Shown here one piece after another: positions 10,320-22,299 of a stretch of 64,000 nucleotides of DNA. Source of the DNA: Plasmodiophora brassicae. Taxonomy: Eukaryota. The notes under the pieces were generated by a model. It was not told the DNA's origin and searched no databases. It saw only the letters and a list, made by a program, of their open reading frames with translations. The stretch is taken from NCBI GenBank assembly GCA_036867785.1, contig CP145416.1, forward strand, positions 1,178,001-1,242,000, read 5' to 3'. The position numbers and the translations under genes are program-made. Every line of letters starts with the position of its first letter. Within the stretch, counting starts at the first letter, position 1.

Positions 10320-13300
10320 TCAGTGCTGTAAGGCGTGCAGATGGGAGTAGGTGCCGCCGGCCGCCACAAGCTCCGCGTGCGTCCCTTGCTCGATGACCCG
10401 GCCTTTCTCCATGACCACGATCACATCCGCGTTCTTGATCGTCGACAGCCGATGCGCGATCACGATCGACGTACGACCTTTCATGAGCGTGTCCAGCGCC
10501 GCCTGCACGAGGGCTTCGCTTTCGTTGTCCAGTGCACTCGTGGCCTCATCGAGGAGCAGCAGTTGCGGGTCGATGAGCAGGGCCCGGGCGATGGCAATTC
10601 GTTGGCGCTGCCCGCCAGACAGTTGCGACCCGCGCGTCCCCACAAGGGTTTGCAACCCATCCGGGAGCCTGTCGATGAACTCGGACGCATTTGCCTGTCG
10701 GGCCGCTTCCTGAATCTCCTCTGTCGTCGCCGACGGCCTGCCGTAGGCGATGTTGTCGCGAATCGACCCGCTGAACAGGACGGGTTCCTGGGATACGAGC
10801 CCGATCTGCCGTCGGAAGTCGACGACGTTCAGGGCGGTCAGCGGCACGTCCCCGATGCGGACGGACCCAGCGCTAGGTTCATAGAAGCGCGCGATGAGGG
10901 CGACTGTTGAACTCTTGCCCGACCCGGACGGTCCCACGAGCTGTTCAGAGAGACCGTCAATGAAGGCAGACGTGTGTAGACGAACGATGCCCAGGTACCG
11001 CGAGAGTCTTGCCGGCAGGGCACTGAAGACGCAGCTTGTCCAGGACTGTACTGTCGGGTCTGGTCGGGTACGAGAAGTCCACGTTGTCGAACGTAATCGA
11101 CTGGCCGTGGAGCGACATCTTCTGACCCGACTTCGTGTCTGTCGGGTCGACAACGGGGCACATCTCCAGGAAGTTGAAGATGTCCACGGCCGCCTGACGC
11201 GCTTTGGCACCGTCCGGCGCCATCTGCATGACCTGACCGACCCCCATCATGGACAAGACGATGGCAAAGAAGACCTTGAACAGGTCGATTGGGGTGTTCA
11301 TCAAGCCTTCCTTGACGAGCCAGGCGCCATAGTAGAATGCAACGCAGTACACGGAGAACATGACGAACTGGCTCATGCCGAACGCGGCACCCGCTGCAAT
11401 GGCTTGAAGGCGGGCAGATGCGGTCACCGGCCGGAGCTTAGCGTCAAAGTCGGCAATCACCTACATAGGAGCGACGAGCGGTTAGGAACACACACGCACG
11501 CTTCACGGGGGGCACTGGCAACCGACCTGACGTTCGGCCGTAAGTGACGCGACCGTGCGGATCGCGCCACACGCCTCGTTCGCGATACGACCGGCAAACT
11601 CGAACGCAGCCTTCTGCTTGTTGTCAACGATAAGGGCCAGCTGTGCGGCGCCGGCAATGGCAAGGATGGGGCCCGTCGCCAACAGCACCAGCGCCAGTCG
11701 CCAACCGTAGTAAAACGCAATGCCCAGACCGACAACCAGCATTGTGATCTGTACGACCAGCGTCAGCCCGGAGAGCAACCGCATGCAGTGATAATGAGCA
11801 GTTACCACTTGCACCAAGGTTGACATGGAGCCGACTGTCAGGCCCCTGACGCGTTCGCAATCGTTGCTGAGTTTGATATTCAAGATACCAGGCGCGTTGT
11901 CCGGATGGTCAAACCAGGAAACATCCTGCCGAAGGAACGCTCGGAAGAGGTCAACGCGGAGCTTATATGTCAGCCTTTCTCCAACAATAGCAAAGTTCGA
12001 GGTTGCTATCACGGAGGACACCATCTGGTACGCCGCGAGGCCAAAGAAAACGAAGGCCCACTTTCGGGCGCCAGCTTCAACATCTGGCTGGAAGAAAGCT
12101 TTCATCATTTCCGAGAGGATAAACGAAAAGGAGGGCATGACAAGGCCCATGCCGATGGAGCCGAAAACACCCAGAGCGATGAAAGGCCAGTCACTTCGGC
12201 TCTTGTCCCACAGCTTTGACGTCAAGCTTGAGATGCGCGCTTTGACTTCCTTCTCATCACCGGCTTCGGCCTTCCTCGATACCTCTTTCCCATCAGATAC
12301 CGCCCGGGCTGGCCCTTGTTCGAGGTGTGGTCCGGGAAGTTGTGCGTCTTGTTCGCCGTCTGCCTTGGCAGCCGCATCAGAGTCGGTGCCACCATGCGAT
12401 TTCAGCATGCGGGAGTAGATGCCGTCTTTCGCGGAAAGTTCATTGTGGTTGCCCATCTCAGCAACCGACCCATTCTTCAGCACACAGATCAGGTTCGCAT
12501 CCCTAGAAAGGGATATTAAATGTATACATGTCAACAGATCTTCTCCGGGCGAGCCACCCTTACCGAATAGTGGATAAGCGATGGGCGATGACGATGGCCG
12601 TTGTTCCCGACGCCGCTTCCTGAAGAGCTTGTTGTACAAGACGTTCACTCTAACATGATAGGAATAAGCGTATGCACATGGAAAGGCACGGACGATGTCA
12701 GCCTACGTGGGAATCTAGGGCTGAGGTCGCCTCGTCTTGCACTGAAACACAGGTTCAGTCGTTGTGTCGCCGAATGGCCAAGGCGGGCAGTAACGTACGC
12801 AGAATGGGGGGTTTGTTTGCGATTGCTCGTGCAATCGCAATTCGCTGTTTCTGTCCACCGCTGAGGCGCTCGTTGCCACTTCCTCCGACATCGGTGTCGT
12901 ATTTCTCGGGAAGATCATTGACAATGAAATCGTGGCAGTGGGCGACGCGAGCCGCGGCTTCGACCTGTTCCATCGTGCAGCCTCTTCCATACGCGATGTT
13001 CTCGCGAATGGTCCCCGCGAACAGGGTTGGCTGTTGGAACACGACCCCGATGTGGCGACGCAGCTCAGAAACGCTGACATCACGAATGTCGATCCCGTCG
13101 ATTGTGATACGCCCCTCATCGGGGTCGTAAAACCTTGTCAGCAGCTGGCCAACCGTCGACTTTCCTGCACATTCCGTCATCACGTTGCGTGGTAACCAGG
13201 CCCGCGTACGATGACGGATACGAACCAGAGCCCGTCTCTCCGACAAGGGCGGCCGTGGACCCTGCAGGAATGACCAGGTTGAACCCAGACAGAACCTTGT

Positions 13301-14902
13301 GGTGACGACGACCCGGATACGAGAAGTGTACGTTTTCGAAACGGATCTCGCCTCGGATGGGTGAGGGCAGCGTCGTTTTCGCTGGCGATTCCGACAACGC
13401 GTCGATTTTCGACTTCCGACGCATGACCGACCACACGCCAGGGGCCACACTGAGACCGGTCGTGATGGCCGTCACGGATGGGCCGATTTGCCCTACCAAG
13501 GCATTAGCATTGGACAGACGCAGATCTGACCGAATCTGCCACCTAGTCCGGATGCTCCCGTGACGACACTGAAGAACACGGTCATGACCGTCCCTTGTTC
13601 GTATTTGCCGGATGCAATCAGGTGCCCGCCGTACCACAAGGCCGATCCATCTGTGCAGCTGTCTAAGAAGCCACCGGCAGCAGTTGGCGGGTGACACGCC
13701 CACATGCTATCAACATGGACGCCCACATGGCCCCGATGGAGGCCCCGACAATGCGACCTTTGCGGATACCCGTTTCGGAGGCCAAGTGAAGGTTGCCGGC
13801 AAACCTATGTGCGAGGTTATATGCACATGCGCCACAGCCGCTCGACGCACCATCGAGCCGACCTTTCGACCTCACGCTCCTGAGAGCGGAAGATCGTAAC
13901 CGTCCTGATTGAACGCAGCACTTCTTCGGACACTGCGCCTGCCACCGCAAACGCATCCATCGCTTTCGTGTTGTCTTTGGAGAGGGCCTTCGCAAATGCA
14001 GCACCTGGATTACAGCAATCAGGCAGGCACGCCACTGGGAAGAGCCGACGCGGGCTGACCAGCAATTGCAAGCAGAGGAACAGACGCGAGCACGACGAGC
14101 GTCAACTCCCATCCCTTGTACAGGCCGACTGCCAGTCCCCCAATAAACATGAACCCAAACTGGAAGCAATTGCCAATGTTCTGCCCCATCGCATCCCGAA
14201 CCTGAACGGGCTCCTCAACGGCCAAACCGGGGGCCTCAAATGACGGGCGCCGCACCTGTGTTATATCGGCACCGAGCCGGGTCGACAGCTTACCGGGTTC
14301 CTGTGTATCGAACCAGGCACATTCCTGGCGCAGAAGCGACTGCAAATACGTCTTGCGAATGTGCAGCGCCTGCCGATCGGCCACCAGCGCCCAGCACGAT
14401 ACCTAGGGTCCACGATTCAACTACATGGCCATACGCATTCGATGGCGACCGCCTACCTGTAGCCATGATGCGGCAAACGCGACGAGGCCGACATAGACGA
14501 ATTGGACGCATATCTCGGATACTTTGTCGTAGAACTGTTGGCTCGACAATCCGCCACCGAACGACTGGAACAGATTGCCAAACAGAATCGAGAACGCTGC
14601 ACAGTACTGGGGAGTCAGTCTCCGATGCCGACCACCTCGGCGTCCGATTACCGGGGAGCGACAACCCGTTGACGATTCCGCCGATGGCGCCGAGGACGAG
14701 GACGCAGACCTCGAGCGGCGTCGTGAATTCAAACATCTGGCGTGTGGCGTCACACATCGCATCGTCGGGCAGTGCGCTGCGATGCGACCTGTATCAAGGT
14801 GACGCGCGGGACATCGTCGCCGGTGGACATGGACGATTCCCCGTCCGGGACGACCTTGGGCTGTACGCCCATCTCGACGTCGACATCGTCGGGCCTCACC
14901 AT
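10320..14902 (-). CDS. Full-length ABCB/MDR (P-glycoprotein-like) transporter, multi-exon
   Basis: Two TMDs ([28 protein letters not shown]) and two NBDs ([64 protein letters not shown]). Confidence 0.93.
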
Positions 14903-15049
14903 CGTACGTGCGCAGTGTGTACGACGGCAGCCCGGTCTTGTGTGGCGGGCGGCCAGAGGAACGTCACCCGTCCGCGTGGGGCTGTGCCAACCCGAAAGGT
15001 TGCCCATCACACGCACGTCACCGAGCAGCAGCCGCAGACGGCCATCCTC

Positions 15050-15996
15050 ATGTCAACCATAACCTGGAGGCAGGCCGCGCTTAATGGTCTCAGTGTAGGA
15101 CGTCAGTCGCGACTCGCTCCCTCTACCAATCGCGCCGCCGGGACCACATTGATCGCACGAAACTCGATGCCGGAGCGCGCTGATGTGGCGATCAGGGAAC
15201 GGAGACAACCCTTTGACCCGTTACAATGATATGGCTGGGAAGGGCACAACTCGATCACACGGATCGCCGGTTTCGGGATCGCCGATCAGTTTGTGCTCTC
15301 CCAGAGTTTGGCTGACCCACGGAAACACAGGCTGTTCCGTGCGATCGTCGTCGAGCTGAGAGCGGCGTTAGCTGAGCTAGACCTATTAGGTCCGGCAACG
15401 CTGATGACTATTTCGTAAGCTGCCGCGGAGGACGTTGCTTGAATTGGCTAGTGTTTAATCCCTTCTCACTCTGTGGTTCATATTCCTCGTGGAACAGTTC
15501 GGTCTGAGCAAAGGATCCGTATGAAACGTCTACCTGGAGCAGTGGATGCAGTCGTCGCTATCGGCGACGATCGGCCGGGTTCCCGGCCAATATGTCGTCC
15601 ACGCGTATCAGCTGATGTTAGCCGCTGCGAGGAACAGGCCGGTTTTCGTTGATGACGTTTTCCAGCATTTATTGAGTATTCCGTTACCGACGCTCGGGTG
15701 ATCACGTATAGCGGATTTCGCTGATTCATACCTAACGAAGCACCGGCAAATTATTCACATACGGCGCATCATCGTCTCCAGGACTCGACGATGCCGGTCC
15801 CCAACTGCCGCTCAGACTGGATGACCGTAATGGCGTCATGGATCTCGGGGTTCTTGACCGTTGCTGCGGGGTACACCTCATGGCCACCCGGCGACGGTCG
15901 CGTGTTGTCGAAACCATTTGAAATCAACGACGTTGTTGACGCTGTTTACCGCACACTCTTATCCGAGGCGCCCGACAAGCGTGTGATTGGGTATTC
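15050..15996 (+). pseudogene. Degraded coding fragment of unknown family, truncated by the large hairpin
   Basis: Protein-like frames continue across in-frame TGA codons at 15227-15229 (PFDPLQ*YGWEGHNSITRIAGFG..) and 15699-15701 (IPLPTLG*SRIADFADSYL); gtaagc donor near 15414. Confidence 0.35.
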
Positions 15997-17154
15997 GGGT
16001 TCAGTTTCCCGCGTTTCTCACGCATTGCAGTGCGGTCGATTATTCGGTTATCGAGGAGATGCGGTCGCTGACTGAACAGGGCGTTTCCGTTGAGGGGTAC
16101 CATCGCATGCTTCTGGAATGACATACTGCCAGGTACTCCCGTTCCCAGATCCAGTGGTTCGGGTCTCTTCAACACTGCACGAAGGGGATTGGGTACGCTT
16201 TCACCAGAGAAATGGGTAATTCTCCCCCTCAGTTTTCATCCTTTGCTGACCCCGACCGTTATAAACGGCTTCGTTCCATCACCTTCGTACCTCAAATACT
16301 GTTTGGTGAAATTCCACGGACAGGTACGACCGCTCATGGACTTCTCATGCAGACCGTCAGTGGCCGAATCTTGAAACTGGGCCATTCCTTCAAGATCCCA
16401 AAATTGATTCGTCGTTTCAACGGCGAGAAGCTTGTTGAGGCCCTGTTCACGCGCTGTAACGAGTTCGACGAGCCGATCGTGGAGATGCTGACGTTCGGGG
16501 CCAGCCTTGCCGAGCTGTTGCCAGCATTGCGCGGCTTCATGAAGCGTATTCTATTGAAGTCGGAAACGAAAAGTGACGGTTCGGGCAAGCCGCTCAATAG
16601 AATACGCTTCATGAAGCCGCGCAATGCTGGCAACAGCTCGGCAAGGCTGGCCCCGAACGTCAGCATCTCCACGATCGGCTCGTCGAACTCGTTACAGCGC
16701 GTGAACAGGGCCTCAACAAGCTTCTCGCCGTTGAAACGACGAATCAATTTTGGGATCTTGAAGGAATGGCCCAGTTTCAAGATTCGGCCACTGACGGTCT
16801 GCATGAGAAGTCCATGAGCGGTCGTACCTGTCCGTGGAATTTCACCAAACAGTATTTGAGGTACGAAGGTGATGGAACGAAGCCGTTTATAACGGTCGGG
16901 GTCAGCAAAGGATGAAAACTGAGGGGGAGAATTACCCATTTCTCTGGTGAAAGCGTACCCAATCCCCTTCGTGCAGTGTTGAAGAGACCCGAACCACTGG
17001 ATCTGGGAACGGGAGTACCTGGCAGTATGTCATTCCAGAAGCATGCGATGATACCCCTCGATGGAAACGCCTTGTTCAGTCTGTGACCGCATCTCTTCGA
17101 TAACCGAATTGTCGACCGCACTGCAATGCGTGAGAAACGCGGGAAACTGAACCC
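15997..17154. repeat. Large inverted repeat IR1: 561-bp arms (15997-16557 / 16594-17154), 36-bp spacer
   Basis: Mirror ORFs 16212..16817(+) and 16334..16939(-) translate identically except across the spacer; symmetry centre at 16575/16576. Confidence 0.97.
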
Positions 17155-17766
17155 AAACAAACTCGGGCAGTTGAGCGAGAAAGCCTTCGTGGTAAGCACT
17201 GAAAGTATACCAAGGGGCCTTGCTACCCTTGCGACGCGTGCAGCGGTACGTCCGCGCAACGATGAAGTAGCATGAATCGCGAGTGACGACACCACGTCGA
17301 TCTGTTGTCCAAGAATGGTGGATGACATTATAGTCACCAGACTTGGCCTGTCGTGTAGACCGTCTCTGCTGACAATGAGGACAATGAATGGGGATATCGG
17401 AGGCCTCGTCTCCGGATCCCACACAAACACGTCGTAGACGTAGAAGCGATCCGGACCCCGAACAGCGCTGACGCACGGCCGCTCAACCAAAACGGACCCA
17501 AAGTTGTCCAGAGCGAAGAAGTGTGAGAATGGAGCTGTCGACGCTCTTGGCGTTCTCTAGGATGGTGTCCAGGACATTCCGCATTATAGGCGATGCGGCA
17601 TCACCTTTCTTGCCCTTCTTGCCGCGATTCCCACCTGTTACACTTCAGTGACAATATTTACATGCCCGTAGGCCAGCACAGCACTGTGGATGACGACCTT
17701 TCGTGACTTGTTCGTTGATCCTGGCTTGCGTCCCGCTCCAGGTCGGTAACCGCCGCGACCGCCCAT
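16558..17766 (-). pseudogene. Transposase-like pseudogene (DUF6729-like Cys domain followed by MULE-like DDE start)
   Basis: MGGRGGYRPGAGRKPG N-terminus; VFVWDPE..CPHC..YFIVARTYRC..FLAQLP..FPAFLTH..E*H; GRILKL(G)HSFK..NEF..PSLFVSD; internal stops and frameshifts. Family assignment is from recalled motifs. Confidence 0.65.
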
Positions 17767-17898
17767 CCCGCAACTGTTTGCCCGGGTCAGAGATCGCCTT
17801 GCAGCAGTGCAGCTCCAAGAAAATGCGGGCTCGTGCAACAAAAAACCATGGCGTATGTAGGAAAACTTTTACGCAACGAATCAAAAGTCAGACGCCGA

Positions 17899-18207
17899 CA
17901 GACGACGAAGTGGGGGTCGATTCCGAAGACGGTGATGACGCTGGAGCCAGCGATCGAGTATGTGATGAGTCCGCAAATCGGGCCGCGATGCAAGGAGGTC
18001 ACGACCCGGCGCCACTGCAGCCGCCTTGGCCGTCATCGGACCCAGGCCAATCTTCCTCGGGAGACGCCTCGCCAGTTGAGTCTGACGAAGATTCATCCGG
18101 ATCGTGACCTCCTTGCACCGCGCCCCGATTGGAGGACTCGTCACGTTCTCGATCGCTGCCTCCAGCGTCATCACCGTCTTCGGAATCGACTCCCACTTCG
18201 TCGTCTG
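17899..18207. repeat. Inverted repeat IR2: 111-bp arms (17899-18009 / 18097-18207), 87-bp spacer
   Basis: cagacgacgaagtggg..gtcacgacccgg mirrored; about 10 mismatches, no indels; arms encode acidic DDEVGVDSEDGDDAG. Confidence 0.93.
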
Positions 18208-18322
18208 CGGCCAGTTTCTGCCTCTCACCGATCTGATGAAGGTAATCACAGGTTGTTTGCGAGAAGTCGTCACTGCCAGAATCATCATCGTTGTCGCGGT
18301 GCTGGTCGGTTAGGCGTACAGG

Positions 18323-18516
18323 AACCCCGGAACTATCGCACAGTAATACCATGGGTGCAGGTCGCAAGGCGTCGCCACTGGACAGGTCCGGGGGCAGGAC
18401 AGGGACCAGCGCCAAGTTGACTTTGCGCTGGTCCCTGTCCTGCCCCCGGACCTGTCCAGTAGCGACGCCTATTGCGACCTGCACCCATGGTATTACTGTG
18501 CGATAGTTCCGGGGTT
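18323..18516. repeat. Near-perfect 194-bp palindrome IR3 with almost no loop
   Basis: aaccccggaactatcgcacagtaataccatgggtgcaggtcgcaa... mirrored; one 2-bp indel and about 2 mismatches; centre aagt-tg-actt. Confidence 0.96.
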
Positions 18517-18652
18517 GTTTTCGAGCTTTTCACACAGGCGCCTCAGTCTCGGGCCATGCCATCGCTGGGCGGCAAGTGGTTGCAACGAGAAGATGAGGAG
18601 GGCGCCGCTGAGCCTTCAGCTGCACCGATGACGACGCGCGTGCTGGCGCATC

Positions 18653-18920
18653 GACCAGCAGCTTCAGCTAGTTGCTCAGCACGTTGATCCAACACGTAAG
18701 GTCATCGCGGAGAACATGGATCTCGGCCTTGTTTAGCCATATGTCCGTATCTTCATTGAGAACCAATTGGGGACATAAGACTTCGAGGAGCGCCTCGGGG
18801 CACTATATGTACAAGCCGAGGAAGTTGATCTTGATGAGGAGGAGGCCGAGATCCACGTTCTCCGCGATGACCTGTGCGTGTTGGATCACCGTGCTGAGCA
18901 ACTAGCTGAAGCTGCTGGTC
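18653..18920. repeat. Inverted repeat IR4: ~77-bp arms (18653-18729 / 18843-18920), 113-bp spacer
   Basis: gaccagcagcttcagctagttgctcagcacg..gatctcggcct mirrored; 3 mismatches and one 1-bp indel. Confidence 0.92.
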
Positions 18921-20218
18921 AAGAACTCGACGAGCAATCTCGAGACGCAAAGCGCGGGCGTCGCGCGGCCGCGGCGGCTGCCCGGCGCTGAGCGCCATCG
19001 TCCAGACGCCGTCGCTCGCCAATGTCTTCCCCCGAGAACACTGAGCTCCATGGAACCCCCAAGCCACGCGACGCTTCTAGCCTGCAGGAGACCATCTATC
19101 CAACTCCGACGTGTTCGACTGTGCCACGGTCTGCGTCCGCGTACGTACCTAGCACTGGCCGCCCGTTCACTCAGGGTCATTATCATCAAGGTGATCATTT
19201 CAGCTGCGGATCTGTGGTGCAGTTCCGCCCTTTCTCGATAAACTCGACTGCTGGAACGATCTTGTTCTCCTACGTACTGCGGCAACGTACTTTCCCCGAG
19301 TGCCCGTACGTGTTTGTTATTGCCGTTCTCGTTGTCGTTCTTGCTGGTAGTGTTAGTGTCGGTGTTGTTGTTTAGGTGGCTGTGATGGTGTTTCCTGGGC
19401 GGTTCGTGTTGGCCTACGAAAAGAACTGGTCGACGCTGCCGGGTATTGCCAGAAACTTAAATGCTCACGCGACAACGGCTCTGGCACGGAGCAAAGGACG
19501 GCGCGACGAACCCTGCGCTGCCAAGCCGATCCAGTTAATTTGCATCGCGATGTCGGCCACGCTGAACTTGACAGGTACCCCAGAACTTCCAATGGGTGAC
19601 GGTCTCCAAGTTCGCCTCCCAGAGGACCTTGCAGGCCGCTTCATCTGGACTTCGGGATCGCCATGCGACCCGCCTTCTCTCCGGGAGGAATGGACGTCCA
19701 GAGCTCGTTCTGGACCGAGTAGGCACCTTGCCCTGTCGGCAAGCGCCGAGGTGCGCTTGGTGGAAACCAACGCCCGTATCTTCTTCGCCTTCGGGTTGAA
19801 TTCGAGCTGGTCGGGCTGGCCGTGGCCTACGGGTGCGGCAATCGTTTGAACGCTGACCTCGCTCTCGCTCGAACAGCTTTGCCGACCGCTTACCGGGCTT
19901 CTGTGAATTGATCCAGGAGCAGTCAGAGACGGTTTTCGCCTGTGCGGCCATCTCACTCACCTAATGCGACCTGTACAATACACGAGTCGTGACAGCGGGG
20001 GCTGCCAGCTGTGTTGTTGGGGTCGGCGGTACCATTCATGGCGTGGTTCGACATGGGACAAGACCAGATTGCCTCACTCGCTGGCGGTCGACAAACGAAT
20101 CAAGTCAGGGATATCGATCCCCGGGCGCGATCGGGTTCAGGCATAGGAGGTACAGGTAGGGCAGCGGCCAGCGCAGCAGTACCTAGTACGCACGGCACGG
20201 GAGACGGCGTGGCCGTGA

Positions 20219-21506
20219 ATGGCGACAGTGGCGATCGCTGATGCGGACGGGGCCTGCTTCGCGCTCGTGCCGCGACGGACGGGGCGCTCGGCGCACTGCC
20301 TCACCATCCGCCTCACACCCGATATCGTTGCCCTCCTGCAGTCCAACCCCAAGACGCCCGTTTCCATTTGCCTGCGCGATGGCGTACTCACCGTTGGCGA
20401 ACAACAGCACAGACTGAACGCGTTCTCTGAGGATTCAAATGTATGTGCAGTGTGCTGCCCCGTTTGTCGACATTCCAACGACTGACTAGAGTTGCCCCTG
20501 GTAGCTGTGCGATGTGTTTGAGGTGTCGAACGCGAAGCAGAACCAGCTGCAGGCGATCGGCAGCATCCACCAGAAGCTGATCGTGCAACGGGACGCGGGC
20601 AGTACGATGGCGAGTCCGAAGCCATCGAGGTCAACAGTGACGACATCGACAACGGCAACGACGAAGAAACGGGCACGGGAGGCGTCGGTCGACCTGTCGT
20701 CAACGAGCGCGTTGAGGAAGCAATCTCAGTCCCCTCTGATCTCGAAACCAACAATTTCGTCGCCAGGCAGGCTGTCGGCCACAAACAGGTTGACGCCGAC
20801 GCCAAGATCTGTACCGGATCCCCTGCGTTTGTCATCGACCTCGAAACGGACAGCCAAGCCACAACGACCATCGCCTACGTCAGCGAACACCGACCTGAGC
20901 ATCAAGGACCAGGTCATTCACCTGCTAGCCATCAGTCCCCTATCCGCTATGAGCATCAGCAAGCGGCTTGGGCACGCCACGAAATCACTGATGCCCATAC
21001 TGAAAGTCGTTGCGCGGTACGAGATTCCAGGCAAGTATCACCTGAAAGAGGAGTACCTGCAAGTCGTGTCGCTGGACAAATGGCCGTATACCGATGAGGA
21101 ACGGCAACGTGTTGCAGAAACGTTGACCGGTGCTGGCCTGCCTGTACCCACCTCATCGTCCGGGAACGCGGCGACGCCTGAGGTGACCGACGGGCCAATC
21201 GCATCACATGACGAATACCTGGCTCTCAGGGATCGCTTCGAGCGGGACTACGTGAAGTACGAGGAGGTGGACACGCGTCTCAAGCAGATTGCCGAGCAGT
21301 TCGCCGATCTGTCCCGTCAGCTTGACGATGCCGCGTCTGCCAGGGAGCGGCAGCGCTTGCAGAATGACGTCCGCCGACTGTACGCCAAGGTGAAACCGGA
21401 ATCGGACGCGTTGAAGGCCGACTTCGCTGCTATGCACGCCGCCCTGTCCAGCATCAAGGCCCGCATCAAGGACTACGTGGCGAGCATCGTTTCTGGAAAG
21501 TCCTGA
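20219..21506 (+). CDS. RNA polymerase II elongation factor ELL-like (occludin/ELL C-terminal domain)
   Basis: IKDQVIHLLAISP..ILKVVARY..YHLKEE..WPYTDEERQ; C-terminal IASHDEY..RFERDYVKYEEV..L..IKARIKDY; one intron near 20441-20503. Confidence 0.75.
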
Positions 21507-21616
21507 CGTCCATCCTGTTGGGCAGCCTAATCGTGACCCATCCAGATAGACATATTATACATTTCTTCCTCAGTGTACGTTGTACAAGGAGAGCGCTCGT
21601 TTGACGGGTCCTGTTG

Positions 21617-22299
21617 CTACAGGACTGGGTTACTAGACGACAGTTGCTTCGACTGTTCACGGATCTCCTCAAGGTCCTTGGCGAGTATGGCAACGTAGTC
21701 CTCGTAGTAGATCTTGTCGTTATTGTCATCCTTGGCGACCTTCAGGAACTGCTCCAACTCCTTCTGGCGAAATTTGTACTCGTTCGACGATAGCAGCTGG
21801 ATCATGCTGGGCGCGCAAGCCTATCAGGACGCACCGTCTGCCCGCCGCGAAACGAGATACCCGTACCGGTAGTCGCTGACGAATCCTTTACGTTCGTGAT
21901 CGATGACCTTGAAAGCCTGCAGGACAATGTCCTCGAGGTCGGGCTCGAAGTCACGGTTCTTGATAACGTCGACCATCATCGTTTCGAAACGGTCATACTT
22001 GATGAAATGGGAGTCCTCGTCCTCGCGAATGCGCGGCAGGATCTGCATGACAAGCTCTTCTTCCGTAGGATACGCGCCCATATATCTCATGATGGTCCCA
22101 ACCTCCCTGCAGATCCTATCAGCATCATGACCGTATGGACGACGTTGGACGCCCCGTACTCTTTGACAATAATGCCCTTGCCATCACGGTCAAACAGGTC
22201 AAACGCGTCCTTGATTGCCTGCTTGATTGAGGCATCGGGATCAGCGACGGGTTCCGGCGCCGCGACCGTCTCAACTTCTGGAGCGTCAGCGGACGACAT
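21617..22299 (-). CDS. DRC8: EF-hand protein, dynein regulatory complex subunit 8 (EFCAB2)-like; 2 introns
   Basis: IKDAFDLFDRDGKG..EVGTIMRYMGAYPTEEEL..FIKYDRF..VLQAFKVIDHERKG..KIYYEDYV. Confidence 0.75.

Noticed and set aside
14240-15049. 329-aa + strand ORF, upstream part
   Set aside because: Mostly antisense to ABCB exons; only the part from ~15050 may be coding.
16212-16939. Two 201-aa mirror ORFs as real genes
   Set aside because: They result from the palindrome; the second half of each is antisense translation and part of the first half appears frameshifted.
19100-19960. Possible minus-strand gene with an Asn/Thr-rich stretch
   Set aside because: No consistent frame or recognisable motif; probably part of the degraded island but unsupported.
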